Virus record (IMG/VR): IMGVR_UViG_3300043567_001187
Span: 1-64,000 of that record
Origin: a virus
Length of the DNA stretch: 64,000 nucleotides
Direction: 5' to 3' (one strand)
Each line of letters begins with the position of its first letter. The stretch's first letter is position 1. A model generated the notes under the pieces. The model was not told the DNA's origin, searched no databases, and saw only the letters and a list, made by a program, of their open reading frames with translations. The position numbers were made by a program, and so were the translations under genes. Below are positions 31,431 to 41,673 of this stretch, in pieces.

Positions 31431-31802
31431 TCAGAATGCTACTGGTTCAGCATCTGTGGTCTTTTCGGCCCTTTTAGACTTTACAATCTTACCGAAATTA
31501 TTCACTCTTACCTTTAGGGTACTATGTTTAACACCATCTTTTTCCCAACTATCGTTTCGTAGTGATCCTTCAACCATTACCAGATCACCCTTCTTTAATG
31601 AAGATGAGATGCTCTCGGCACCACTATCCCAAGCCTCACATTGGATAAATGAAGTAATCTTATCCTGGGTTCCGTTAGCCTTGGTAAACTCTCTTGATAC
31701 AGCTACTGTGAAGTTAACTACTGAGGTTTGTTTATCACCAATATTAACAACTCTTAGTTCGGGATCACGAGCCAAATTTCCTCTTAACATTACAATATTC
31801 AT
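31431..31802 (-). CDS. ssb: Single-stranded DNA-binding protein
   Basis: GNLARDPELR, FTVAV, CEAW, KGDLVMVEGSLR, acidic tail ending in F; AGGAG RBS. Confidence 0.95.
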   Translation of the reverse strand: MNIVMLRGNLARDPELRVVNIGDKQTSVVNFTVAVSREFTKANGTQDKITSFIQCEAWDSGAESISSSLKKGDLVMVEGSLRNDSWEKDGVKHSTLKVRVNNFGKIVKSKRAEKTTDAEPVAF

Positions 31803-31841
31803 TCATCAATCTCCTTTGAAAAGTTTTGAAACCAACAAAAT

Positions 31842-31869
31842 ATAATAGATCTGAGCGGTAGGGTGTCAA
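31842..31869 (-). promoter_or_regulatory. Sigma70-like promoter for ssb
   Basis: TTGACA-N16-TATTAT. Confidence 0.6.
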
Positions 31870-33479
31870 GTTTTGGCGATATAGGCTTTGTCTACTATGA
31901 TGCCGTCTCCGTTTTTCGTTTTTGACCCCTTTACTATAATTACGTTGTTTTGAAATAATAAATTTTTATAGGTTTTATATTGTTCAGGGAAAAATATAAT
32001 AGAGTCCGTCGATCCTGTGGAATCCGACAGTGTCACAAAAGCCATTTCTAGTCCTGGGTTTTTACCGCTCTTAGTTTTTGTAGTATTAATAAAATCAATC
32101 TCACCACCAAGTATAAGATTATCTTTTAGTATAGTATTCTTTAGTTCTTTACAACTAATATTGGTCATACTAATATCATACATATCTATTCTAGAACAAG
32201 TAATAGAGCATCCCAATAAAGAGTCCTCACTATCCGCTATCCATTCTGGACTATCATCTAAACTATAAGGAGGGTGATCGAGAGAAGATAGTATGTCTTG
32301 TATAGCTTGTTTTCTATTTTTATTTACTTTGCCTATACTTAATAAAAACTTTAATGCATCTCCTAAACTGGTAAAATTTTCTATATGATCAATAATATGC
32401 TGAATTTCTTTTTTGGTCAAACTACTACCAAGACTATATTCAAAAAGCATACTATTTCTAGTTTTTTTTATAAAGCTTATAGCGCCACTTTGTATAAGGG
32501 CTTTAGCTGCTGTAGAATTAATATTTACTAGTATATTAAATAATATCTTAAGCCAATTCATACTATTCCATTCTATATTGCCACATATAGTAAGTAGTTT
32601 ATCAAAAACAGATCCACCCACACCCTTTATATCTGTTAAACCAAAATATATTTTATTATTTTTTATAACAAATAAACTATTTAAATTTCTGAGATCCGGC
32701 GTATGTACAGTAATGTCCATTTCCATGGCATTCTGAACTAAAGACTTTATTTCTTCTTGAGGGTCTATTTTATCTTTAGCAAATCTTAAGTATGAAGCAA
32801 AAAACATCTTAGGGAAATGAGCTTTGGCATATGCAGATAAATACGCATTAATAGCATAGCTAACAGAATGAGACTTATTAAAGCTATATCTCTGACTTTT
32901 CTCAATCCAACCGAAAATTTGTTCTGCTTCATCATTTGTTACTATGTTTAGTCTATTAGCACCCTCTATAAATTTAGTTTTGACTTTAGCCATCTCTTCC
33001 GGTTTTTTCTTGCCAATAGCTTTGCGTAATAAATCAGCCTCTTGAAGATTAAAGTCAGCAATAACCCTAGCAATTTCCATAGCCTGTTCTTGATAAACCA
33101 TTTCTCCATATGTTTTGTTTAAGATAGGTTCTAAGGCTTTATGAAAGTAATCTACAGACTCTAAACCATTTTTTCTATCTATATAATGATTAGTAACACT
33201 TTTACCATCTCTTATCGCCTCTAATGAACCCGGTCTTAATACCGCGATCAAAGCAGATAATTGTTCTATATTTTCTGGTTTTAGTTTTTTAGCAATTGAT
33301 CTTCCTAGTCTAGACTCTAACTGGAAAACCCCCTTAGTATTTCCTTCGGATATTAATTCCCAAGTTCTAGAACAATCGAAATTAATATTTTCTATTTTGA
33401 GATCAAAGTCTACCTGGGTAATGCCACCATCCTCAATAATAGGAAAACCACAACCACAAGAATACTGATATGTTTTCAT
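31866..33479 (-). CDS. dnaE: DNA polymerase III alpha, C-terminal half
   Basis: TKGVFQLES, RPG, YQEQAM, ADLLRKAIGKK, YSFNKSH, GLTDIKGVG (HhH), MAFVTLSD (OB fold). Confidence 0.92.
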   Translation of the reverse strand: MKTYQYSCGCGFPIIEDGGITQVDFDLKIENINFDCSRTWELISEGNTKGVFQLESRLGRSIAKKLKPENIEQLSALIAVLRPGSLEAIRDGKSVTNHYIDRKNGLESVDYFHKALEPILNKTYGEMVYQEQAMEIARVIADFNLQEADLLRKAIGKKKPEEMAKVKTKFIEGANRLNIVTNDEAEQIFGWIEKSQRYSFNKSHSVSYAINAYLSAYAKAHFPKMFFASYLRFAKDKIDPQEEIKSLVQNAMEMDITVHTPDLRNLNSLFVIKNNKIYFGLTDIKGVGGSVFDKLLTICGNIEWNSMNWLKILFNILVNINSTAAKALIQSGAISFIKKTRNSMLFEYSLGSSLTKKEIQHIIDHIENFTSLGDALKFLLSIGKVNKNRKQAIQDILSSLDHPPYSLDDSPEWIADSEDSLLGCSITCSRIDMYDISMTNISCKELKNTILKDNLILGGEIDFINTTKTKSGKNPGLEMAFVTLSDSTGSTDSIIFFPEQYKTYKNLLFQNNVIIVKGSKTKNGDGIIVDKAYIAKT

Positions 33480-34165
33480 GCTGTAAAAGAATCTTTGAAT
33501 TTAATTTTTTGACCAAGATTTCTATGCAATTTCATAAAACGAACTATCAACTCGGCTGTATCCTTAACATCTTTTAGAGCATCATGAGCACCGGTTTTAG
33601 ATATGCCAAAATAATCTCTCACACTATCTAGCGTATAGCTTTTAAGATCTTGATTACTTTCAAACCAATAAAACATTAAATTCATACAATCTACCACATC
33701 TCTTGGATAAAATAGTTCTGTTTTGTTTTCTTTATTGGTGTTACCATATTTTCGGCTTAGTCTATCAATAATTGGTAGGTCAAATCTATAGATATTATAG
33801 CCTGCCGCAATGGGCGCACTAAATTGACTTTTTTTAGATGATCGTGTATGATATTTATCCAAATAGTTGACAAACAAATTCCAAGAATGATCTTGTTTTG
33901 GGTATTCTTTCCATAAGGCCAAGACTTTTTCTTTTGAGCATTGTTTCACTTTAGCATGAAAGTCTAAGATATCTGTTTTATATTCATAGTTAGGATCTTT
34001 TTCAATACATTCTGGTTTAAAATTAATATTGAATTCAGAACCATTTATAATTTCTAATTGTATAGGATCAATCATTACCGCAGCAATTTGTACAGGACTA
34101 CATTCACCAGGGTCTGATCCGTCGGTTTCAAAATCAAAAACACAAATTTTATTATAGTTGATCAT
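33476..34165 (-). CDS. DEDDh 3'-5' exonuclease (DnaQ/epsilon-like)
   Basis: FDFETDG, YNIYRFD, HDALKDV. Confidence 0.88.
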   Translation of the reverse strand: MINYNKICVFDFETDGSDPGECSPVQIAAVMIDPIQLEIINGSEFNINFKPECIEKDPNYEYKTDILDFHAKVKQCSKEKVLALWKEYPKQDHSWNLFVNYLDKYHTRSSKKSQFSAPIAAGYNIYRFDLPIIDRLSRKYGNTNKENKTELFYPRDVVDCMNLMFYWFESNQDLKSYTLDSVRDYFGISKTGAHDALKDVKDTAELIVRFMKLHRNLGQKIKFKDSFTA

Positions 34166-34337
34166 CAACATCTACTTCTGTGAGGGGTTGTACAAATGTT
34201 CTATTATTAGGATCTGCTACTTGTTGAGCATTGATAGATTTGCAGCAACTAATTTTTACAGCATTAATTTTTGTGTATTCTACATCATTAAGCTTAAACT
34301 TTTCATCTACAGATATATCTTTAAATTGTTTTTTCAT
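34152..34337 (-). CDS. Small hypothetical protein
   Basis: 61 aa, GGAG RBS, overlaps both neighbours. Confidence 0.6.
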   Translation of the reverse strand: MKKQFKDISVDEKFKLNDVEYTKINAVKISCCKSINAQQVADPNNRTFVQPLTEVDVDDQL

Positions 34338-36202
34338 AATTTAACTCCATTGAATAATAAATCTTGAACTGTCATCATTTTATCGAGTAAAGCAACTCCT
34401 AGTATATCCAATTTAATAACTCCCAAAGCTTCTAAGTCTTGCATTTCCATACCAGCTATTAGTTGATCGTTTTTGCTATCATAAACCATAGGACAAATTT
34501 CATTCAAGGGTTCTGCACTAATGGCTATGCCAGCAGCGTGTTTAGACTGATTGGACTTTGTACCTTCTAATCTTATAGCCTGTTCGAACCTTTTTGACAA
34601 TGGACCCTGTAATTCGTTATTTTCATCTATGAAACACCATTCTCTCAGTTTATCTTGATTATTTTCTAATGACCATCGTATAATTGAAGCTTCTCCTGTT
34701 TCTTCTTTCATCTCTTGAAGCTCATCAGCAATTTTAGATTCATCAGGAATATTTTTGGTTATATTATTCATTTCATCAAACGTTATATTACCATACACCC
34801 TAATAACATCTTTGAGGGCGCCCCTACCTTTAATAGTATTAAATGTTACCATTTGAGAAACTTTATCTATACCATATTTATTTTTAATGTACTGAATTAT
34901 GTTTTCTCTTTTATTAATTGGTACGTCAACATCAATATCTGGCATAGAATCTGATCTAGCAGCATTAAAAAATCTCTCAAAAAGTAGATTATATTTTATA
35001 GGATCAATACTAGTAATACCTATTAAATAAGATACCAAACAACCAGCGGCACTCCCCCTACCCGGACCCGGCAACCAATTATTAGATCTTACGTAATTTA
35101 CTATATCTTGAACTATTAGAAAATAACTACTAAGATCAGCACCTTGTAAAACCTCTAATTCATATTTGACCCTATCTACATAAATCTGCTGGTCTTCTTT
35201 TGGAATAATATTAGCTATTTTTTCTTTCCATCCTTTACGACATAACTCTCTTAAATACTCAGCATCATCATATCCTTCTGGACATTGAAATGTTGGGAGT
35301 TTAGGTTTGCTAAGTATATCATAATTTTCAATTAAACTTGCCACATAATTAGTGTTTTCTATTTCTTGTGGTAAATGCAAGCTGGACATTTCTTCTTGAG
35401 AAAGTATATGATAATTATCAGAATTAAAGAAACACCCCATAGGCACAGATTCATTATTACTAATTTTACGACTAATTTCTGGAAATGTAGTCTTTAAATT
35501 ATTGCACAACAATATTCTTTGATCAACAGCATCCTCTTTTCTGCAATAATGAGCATCTGGTGTGCATACTACTTTAGTGTTTGTGATTTGCCCCAAGTGT
35601 CTTATAGATTCTGTAAGTATTTTTTGAACTGGTAAATTTTCCACATCCATTAATTGGACTTCTAAAAATACATTATCAGACTCAAAGATATTTTTTAAGA
35701 TATTTATATGTTCTGTTCCTAAAGTTTTCCAATTGTCTTTTAGCTGTAGATTATTATCTAATAGGGTATCTGCTAATGTTGAACCCAAATGACCTGTAAT
35801 AGCGACCATATCAGACTTATTAAATTTAGATAGAGTTTTTAAATCTAGTCTTGGCTTGTGATAATAAAAATCCGGACGATTAGATTCAGAAATTATTTTG
35901 ATAAGATTTTTCCATCCTCTATAATTTTTAGCCAGCACTATAAAATGGCTTAATTCTTTGTTGTCTTTTTCTTTAATAGACGGATCATGATTACAAATAT
36001 ATAATTCACAACCCAGTATGGGTTTAATACCAGCCTTTTTCATAGATGAATAAAACTTGACAGCGCCAGCTATATTGCCATGATCTGTTAAAGCACATGC
36101 AGTAGCGCCAATTTCTTTGCATCTTTCAGCAATCTGGTCTGTTTTAGAAAGTCCGTCTAATAACGAAAAAGTACTATGAGTATGAAGAGGAATATAGTTC
36201 AT
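34334..36202 (-). CDS. dnaE: DNA polymerase III alpha, N-terminal half (PHP + catalytic palm)
   Basis: LHTHSTFSLLDG, TDHG, DAHY, GPGRGSAAG, MPDIDVD, SKHAAG, KLDILG. Confidence 0.95.
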   Translation of the reverse strand: MNYIPLHTHSTFSLLDGLSKTDQIAERCKEIGATACALTDHGNIAGAVKFYSSMKKAGIKPILGCELYICNHDPSIKEKDNKELSHFIVLAKNYRGWKNLIKIISESNRPDFYYHKPRLDLKTLSKFNKSDMVAITGHLGSTLADTLLDNNLQLKDNWKTLGTEHINILKNIFESDNVFLEVQLMDVENLPVQKILTESIRHLGQITNTKVVCTPDAHYCRKEDAVDQRILLCNNLKTTFPEISRKISNNESVPMGCFFNSDNYHILSQEEMSSLHLPQEIENTNYVASLIENYDILSKPKLPTFQCPEGYDDAEYLRELCRKGWKEKIANIIPKEDQQIYVDRVKYELEVLQGADLSSYFLIVQDIVNYVRSNNWLPGPGRGSAAGCLVSYLIGITSIDPIKYNLLFERFFNAARSDSMPDIDVDVPINKRENIIQYIKNKYGIDKVSQMVTFNTIKGRGALKDVIRVYGNITFDEMNNITKNIPDESKIADELQEMKEETGEASIIRWSLENNQDKLREWCFIDENNELQGPLSKRFEQAIRLEGTKSNQSKHAAGIAISAEPLNEICPMVYDSKNDQLIAGMEMQDLEALGVIKLDILGVALLDKMMTVQDLLFNGVKL

Positions 36203-37242
36203 TCTGTGCTTCCTGGTGCTTTGTAAGATCCTACACTATAGCCCGGAATGGTATATTTGTCAACCACGTTCTCTATGCCAAGCAGATCAACATCATGCTT
36301 AACCTGTTGACACTTGGTCATAGTATTATCAACTTTAGTTATCTGATTATCTCTATATTCCACAATAGGAAGTACATGGCTATTTTCAAAAGTTGTTTTT
36401 CCAAAATGGCATAGTTTCGTACATTTCCAGGTTTTGTTTAACTCTGGCACCTTAGTATTTTTAATGGTTTCAAACTTCTTTTTAATCATTAATTCTGTTT
36501 GCGGCAAATCATTTTTATCATAACAAACACTAAAAGCTCCACCATCATTAATAAAATTTATAGTGAAAATAATATGATCCATTTGAGGATATAAAGAACT
36601 AACAGCATAATGATAAATTCTTAATTGTGGATCATTTTGTAGTTTAGCTAATGTTTTTTCTTCGCCAGTGGCCCAATCTAATCTTTTACCACTTTTCCAG
36701 TCTATTATCTCAATAGTATTATCATTAACCTTGGTTATGAGGTCAATAGTGCCTTTAATGGCCAAATATCCTTCTAATAATCCGTCTTTAGTTTGATAAG
36801 AATATTTAGCCCATGGTTTTTTTATAACAATATCAAATCTTTGTTCTGGTTGTAGTATGTTTCTATTGCGAGGGTCGAATGATCCGTTGTGCGATTCCAG
36901 AGCCTTGTTGACCCACAGGTGGCAATCTTTATAGTCTTTGACACTCCACTCATGGTTTTTAAACTGAGTCGAGTAATACTTGTAAACCTTTTCAATAATA
37001 GAGTTTAAATTGTACTGATTAATATTAATTGGGCCTAAAATATCATCAGTATAAATAGTTTCATTATTTTGTTCGGTCAACTTGATGTAAGCTAAAACCT
37101 CTAAGACTTTATGTATAATAGTGCCTTTATCGGCTTTAATTCCCGAAGGAGATTTCATTCCTAATACATATTCAAGAAAATATTGCTGTCCGCACATACT
37201 ATGAGTATTATATGATGAACTTCTAAGATAAGTAATTATAAT
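36199..37242 (-). CDS. PD-(D/E)XK exonuclease (RecB/Cas4-like)
   Basis: KGTIIHKVLE, KGTIDLI, IIDWKSG, QLRIY, C..LC; frame extends upstream of ATG 37197 (IIITYLRSSSYNTHSMC), so the start is uncertain. Confidence 0.8.
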   Translation of the reverse strand: MIITYLRSSSYNTHSMCGQQYFLEYVLGMKSPSGIKADKGTIIHKVLEVLAYIKLTEQNNETIYTDDILGPININQYNLNSIIEKVYKYYSTQFKNHEWSVKDYKDCHLWVNKALESHNGSFDPRNRNILQPEQRFDIVIKKPWAKYSYQTKDGLLEGYLAIKGTIDLITKVNDNTIEIIDWKSGKRLDWATGEEKTLAKLQNDPQLRIYHYAVSSLYPQMDHIIFTINFINDGGAFSVCYDKNDLPQTELMIKKKFETIKNTKVPELNKTWKCTKLCHFGKTTFENSHVLPIVEYRDNQITKVDNTMTKCQQVKHDVDLLGIENVVDKYTIPGYSVGSYKAPGSTE

Positions 37243-37856
37243 GGCAGTATTCCTCTCTTAAGTATGAATCGGTAAATAAGACTATTTTTTTCTTCTATAG
37301 AAATGTTATCATTTTGTATAACACAACTAAAGTTGCCCCAATTATATTTGTCTGGATCTAATGCGGTTTCTGGTTCAGCAGAGGAGTTGAATGGATTTCT
37401 TGTTAATCTAATAACATATCCACCAGCTTCTAGTATAGGATCTACCTCATTGGGAAATCTATTATCTAGTAATAGGGCGAAGTCCGGATTATCTTTTTGT
37501 ATAGTATTAAGAGTTGCTTCTACCCAAATTTTATCTTTCATTCTTCTGAACATTTTTGTTCCAATATATTCCATAACTTCTCTTGCTGTCATTAATCCTA
37601 TTAATGGACCATTATACCCCGGCATATTTTCCCACAATAATGAAGTAAACGAATTCTTATCCTCATCACTACCATAACATTGAGCATTTGTTAATCCTAG
37701 CAAGTCTATACAAATATTCTTTTTTAATGGATCAGCAAAACTATATGTTCTAACATCTATGTTAGGGTTTATAGAATATATTAAACTCTGTAAATATTCT
37801 CCTGATGTACTTTTGCCAGACTGTTTACGTCCAGAGAATGCTAATATTTTGGTCAT
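37236..37856 (-). CDS. Deoxynucleoside monophosphate kinase
   Basis: GRKQSGKST, SFADPLK, REVMEYIGT, D.RFPNE. Confidence 0.85.
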   Translation of the reverse strand: MTKILAFSGRKQSGKSTSGEYLQSLIYSINPNIDVRTYSFADPLKKNICIDLLGLTNAQCYGSDEDKNSFTSLLWENMPGYNGPLIGLMTAREVMEYIGTKMFRRMKDKIWVEATLNTIQKDNPDFALLLDNRFPNEVDPILEAGGYVIRLTRNPFNSSAEPETALDPDKYNWGNFSCVIQNDNISIEEKNSLIYRFILKRGILPL

Positions 37857-39013
37857 GCTATACTTTCTATAAAACTCTTAATTTCAGTATTAATTTGTTC
37901 ACTATTCATTTCGCCCACATCAGAACAACTAATTTTAGGTATAAAAATACGATAAGTATTCTGGCATTTACTCTTAATCTGATCAGCAGCTTTGTGTCCA
38001 GCATCATCATTATCTGTTAGTATTACCAAATTCATAGCTCCTGAACTATCTAATAGAATTTTTTGTCTATCGCTCAGTGATGACCCAAAAATACCTACAC
38101 TATTATGTATATTGTTTTCTTCTAGTCTCCATACATTACCAGGGCTTTCTACTATAATAGCAGTGCCACTATCTAAGATAAACTTTTTAGCAAACCATAG
38201 GTTATACAAATGGTTTTGACTTTTAAAATCCGCATTATGTTTCCACTTAGGATATTTCCACTTAAAAGAATCTTCTGGACACCTATTTAGAGGATTATGG
38301 TAACATTTACAACTATCACATTTTTCATATATACTACGACCAGTACATCCTACCATATATTTATAATCATTATCATATATGGGTACAACCACCCTATCAG
38401 ACATTTCCCTACCTTCTCTGCTACATAAACCTACATCATATTTAGATAGTATTTCATCGCTATAATTTCTATTAAGATAATATGATGCGGGAATTTGCAG
38501 GGTTTTGATTATTTGTTCTCTAGTAATATTAGATTTGGTGATGGCAACATTTTTATTGATATAGCTAATAACAGATGTAAACTGCTGTTTTTCTCTATCA
38601 ACCTTAGACACTTTTATCTTACTAAAGTCTTTATTCAAGAAGTTTGTAGCAAAGGCTAATGCTTCTTGAAAGGAACACATATCATCACCTGGTTGTGTCC
38701 ATCCATAATTCTGGGCTGAAATAATCCCCCTAATAAAACCTAGAATAGATCCCTTAAAAGTTTTTTCACAATTATGGGTTCTGCATTTCCAATTACCTCT
38801 ATAGTGATCTCCTTCTGGATAGATATTGATAGCAGACGAGTTATCTCCACCATGAATTGGACAACTCATGGTGATCATTTTTTGGTTGATTTTATAGTCT
38901 AAATTAAAAGAGTTCAATAACGATGTGATATTATCACACAACTCATCACAGACTATTTTTAGTTTAGCCTGATCATTCAAAAGGGATTTGGTCATTGTCG
39001 TTGTCATTATCAT
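37853..39013 (-). CDS. dnaG: DNA primase (Zn finger + Toprim)
   Basis: CPIH...CRTHNC, VVPIYD, IVES, TDNDDAG; exact start uncertain. Confidence 0.85.
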   Translation of the reverse strand: MIMTTTMTKSLLNDQAKLKIVCDELCDNITSLLNSFNLDYKINQKMITMSCPIHGGDNSSAINIYPEGDHYRGNWKCRTHNCEKTFKGSILGFIRGIISAQNYGWTQPGDDMCSFQEALAFATNFLNKDFSKIKVSKVDREKQQFTSVISYINKNVAITKSNITREQIIKTLQIPASYYLNRNYSDEILSKYDVGLCSREGREMSDRVVVPIYDNDYKYMVGCTGRSIYEKCDSCKCYHNPLNRCPEDSFKWKYPKWKHNADFKSQNHLYNLWFAKKFILDSGTAIIVESPGNVWRLEENNIHNSVGIFGSSLSDRQKILLDSSGAMNLVILTDNDDAGHKAADQIKSKCQNTYRIFIPKISCSDVGEMNSEQINTEIKSFIESIA

Positions 39014-40430
39014 CTACTACAAAACCTTCACTATTATTTTTGATATTATGAGCTACTTCTAATTTGGTTTTACCTTCCGTAATCTTTGCACACCAGCCCT
39101 TCATATAACAGTTAATATAGTCATTATCGTCTAATCCTCCACCATGACGACTAATTAATGGTACAAGTTTTCTATTCCCATTATCTGGACCATCTTCTGC
39201 AATTTCTTCATCACTTTTTCTTTTAAAAATACTAAAATTACTACAAAGCCAAATAATTCTATCTGATCCACTAGCAGAATCGGTACTTTCTTTTGTAATA
39301 CCATCCCTGTTTAACTGAATAAAGGCAACTATAGGAACTTTATATCTAACAGCAAAATTATGAAGGCTAGTCATCATAAATCCTAATAATTGATATTCTT
39401 TTAGATCTTGACTAATACCACTACTATCCATAAGTTTAAGATAGTCATAAAAAATCACACAATCTTTTGCTGTACCGTCATCATTTAATCCTACCTCTTT
39501 AACAAGCCATCTTCTCATAATAGCTAATTGATCTTCAAATGGTTTTCCAGCTATGCTCTTATGATACAATTTCATAGCCTTAAGTTCTTGAGCTGCTTTT
39601 GTGATTTTATTCTTTTTGTCTGGTGAATCTGAGAATTTACCAGTTTCAATATTATTAATCTCAATCTCGGTAAGCATTGCTAAAATTCTATGAATATGAT
39701 CCTCTTTATTCATTTCAGTATCCATATTTAATACTGGAACACCTAGTTTAGCAACATTAATACCCATATTATCGCTTAAAAGAGTTTTACCCGTTTTGGG
39801 CCTGGCTCCTATAACATTAATAGTACCCTTTCTTAATCCTCCACCAATTGCTAGGTCATACGTAGGAAATCCTGTAGGAATACCAACCTGATCAACTTTA
39901 TTAGTCTCTAATGATTCAATATACTCTTCAATAGACGAGCCCATTTTTTCTGGACCACTATCGGTATCATTTAATAAAGAGGTAAAATTAAAAATGCTAT
40001 CTTCTGCTATTCCAATAATTGAAGATATGGGTTCATTACCAGTAACTTCTAAAATTTTATCTTGGGTTTCTTCTAGTTGTTTTCTTAAAAGTCTAGCAAT
40101 TTCTAGTTTACGAATTTTAGCCGCAAACTTTCTAACATTATCTAGGCTAACAGGAAAATCTATAATAGCCTTTAAATGTTGCGTTTCTTCTTTTTTAGAT
40201 AGTATATGAGAAAATCCAAGCTCTTGAGCTACAGAATATATAGATGCTATATCTATAGGGCTTTGATTACTATCACAAAGAGTCTTTAAACACTTAAAAA
40301 TAATGTTATTACTATCGATAGTAAAAGAAGTTTCTTGAACTATATCAGCAATATCTAAATAGGCATTTTCACCATATTGAAAAATACCAGCCAATACCGC
40401 TCTTTCTGCGGCAGGATCACACAAAATCAT
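38973..40430 (-). CDS. dnaB: Replicative DNA helicase
   Basis: AERAVLA, GIPTGF, GARPKTGKT, YDYLKLM, QLNR; ATG 40430 overlaps upstream stop. Confidence 0.92.
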   Translation of the reverse strand: MILCDPAAERAVLAGIFQYGENAYLDIADIVQETSFTIDSNNIIFKCLKTLCDSNQSPIDIASIYSVAQELGFSHILSKKEETQHLKAIIDFPVSLDNVRKFAAKIRKLEIARLLRKQLEETQDKILEVTGNEPISSIIGIAEDSIFNFTSLLNDTDSGPEKMGSSIEEYIESLETNKVDQVGIPTGFPTYDLAIGGGLRKGTINVIGARPKTGKTLLSDNMGINVAKLGVPVLNMDTEMNKEDHIHRILAMLTEIEINNIETGKFSDSPDKKNKITKAAQELKAMKLYHKSIAGKPFEDQLAIMRRWLVKEVGLNDDGTAKDCVIFYDYLKLMDSSGISQDLKEYQLLGFMMTSLHNFAVRYKVPIVAFIQLNRDGITKESTDSASGSDRIIWLCSNFSIFKRKSDEEIAEDGPDNGNRKLVPLISRHGGGLDDNDYINCYMKGWCAKITEGKTKLEVAHNIKNNSEGFVVDDNDNDNDQIPFE

Positions 40431-40795
40431 TAGCCTGCTCCTGTGGAACACTTGTTGCACTTGTATCTATCTATAGACTCTATGAGGGACGGTGCAACTT
40501 TTTCTGTTTTTCCACAAACTCTACACTTGGCTTTTACAAAGTCAAAAGTTCTATTCCTCACCGATGGTGGTGGTTTTCTGATCTTTTTGTCAAACTCAAC
40601 ATCCTCTTTGCACATACCAAATTCAGCCATATGCTCAAATTTATTGGTAGTTTTTTTCTTTTTTGTTGCGGTTTTGGGCTGGGTTTTTCGTGTCTTAGGT
40701 TTTACAATCTCTACATTGCCCTGATCATCCTCATCAGTTAAACCCTTTTGTAAAATAGCTATCAAAGCTTTAATATCATCTTTATCAAGAGCCAT
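40430..40795 (-). CDS. Zinc-ribbon hypothetical protein
   Basis: CRVC...CNKC. Confidence 0.55.
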   Translation of the reverse strand: MALDKDDIKALIAILQKGLTDEDDQGNVEIVKPKTRKTQPKTATKKKKTTNKFEHMAEFGMCKEDVEFDKKIRKPPPSVRNRTFDFVKAKCRVCGKTEKVAPSLIESIDRYKCNKCSTGAG

Positions 40796-41273
40796 GTTTC
40801 ACCTTGCTTTTTTGTACAGATAGTATAATATCAGATAAATTCTTAAGACTATTAGCTAAATAAGATAATCTATCACTTCTTTGTTTAGCGTATTTTTTAA
40901 TATTGTTTAATGATTGAGCTTTATCATTATGTTTTATAGCCTGTGTGGATTTCTCTATATATCCATACCCCTTATATGTATTTATCTCGTCGGCTATTAA
41001 ATCCTTTAATGTCTCCTCTGCCCAGTTATATCTAGCTATTTCTCTATTAATAGTTCTTTGAGTATGAAAACTGAATTGTCCTAATCTATATGCTATTTGA
41101 GCACAATCTTCTGGTCCTAATTTTTCAATAGCATCCCTATTCATAGTAAGATATTCATTTAGTTCAATAGAGGGTAAAGAGTCTTCTTTATAAGAATTGA
41201 ATCCTATAGCTTGTTCATATTCATCTAGAATATCATCCCAATATTTGACTTCTTCTTTGGATGTTTTAAGCAT
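40785..41273 (-). CDS. Helical hypothetical protein (possible recombination mediator)
   Basis: Coiled-coil-like, near recA; function speculative. Confidence 0.45.
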   Translation of the reverse strand: MLKTSKEEVKYWDDILDEYEQAIGFNSYKEDSLPSIELNEYLTMNRDAIEKLGPEDCAQIAYRLGQFSFHTQRTINREIARYNWAEETLKDLIADEINTYKGYGYIEKSTQAIKHNDKAQSLNNIKKYAKQRSDRLSYLANSLKNLSDIILSVQKSKVKHGS

Positions 41274-41673
41274 CTTTTATCCTTTCATTCCACACTTCGG
41301 AATCTTCGTTATACGCCAAAGAAATATATTTAAGACCATTGATCTCGCACCATTCTTGTTTATCATTGTCTCTTTTTTGAGATTTTTTAAACGCTAGCAT
41401 ATTAGTATGATAAAATGCTACAAACTTAAAATGTTGTTCCCCGTGAACTTCAAAGCAAGTCTTTTTTAATGGTAGATAAAAATCTAAATATAATGTTTCA
41501 CTTTTTCGTAGTGGAATAGGTACTTCTTCTAATATTTGCATTGTTGGAAAATTTTGCGTAATCAAAGATCTGGCAGTTAGGTGTAAAGACGATCTATTAT
41601 CTACCTTTCCTTTAGCCATATTACCAGTTAGTTGCCAGTTACGAGAGTTTCCATCTAGATCCTTAATCAGCAT
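41266..41673 (-). CDS. Vsr-like PD-(D/E)XK endonuclease
   Basis: LDFYLP...FEVHGEQH, RDNDKQEWC. Confidence 0.75.
   Translation of the reverse strand: MLIKDLDGNSRNWQLTGNMAKGKVDNRSSLHLTARSLITQNFPTMQILEEVPIPLRKSETLYLDFYLPLKKTCFEVHGEQHFKFVAFYHTNMLAFKKSQKRDNDKQEWCEINGLKYISLAYNEDSEVWNERIKDA

Noticed and set aside
33400-34400. Split intein or self-splicing intron joining the dnaE halves
   Set aside because: No intein N-terminal block or terminal HN/C motif; the interval is filled by coupled ORFs, leaving no room for ribozyme structure
36199-37242. cas4 as part of a CRISPR-Cas locus
   Set aside because: No other cas genes or array; context is phage replication
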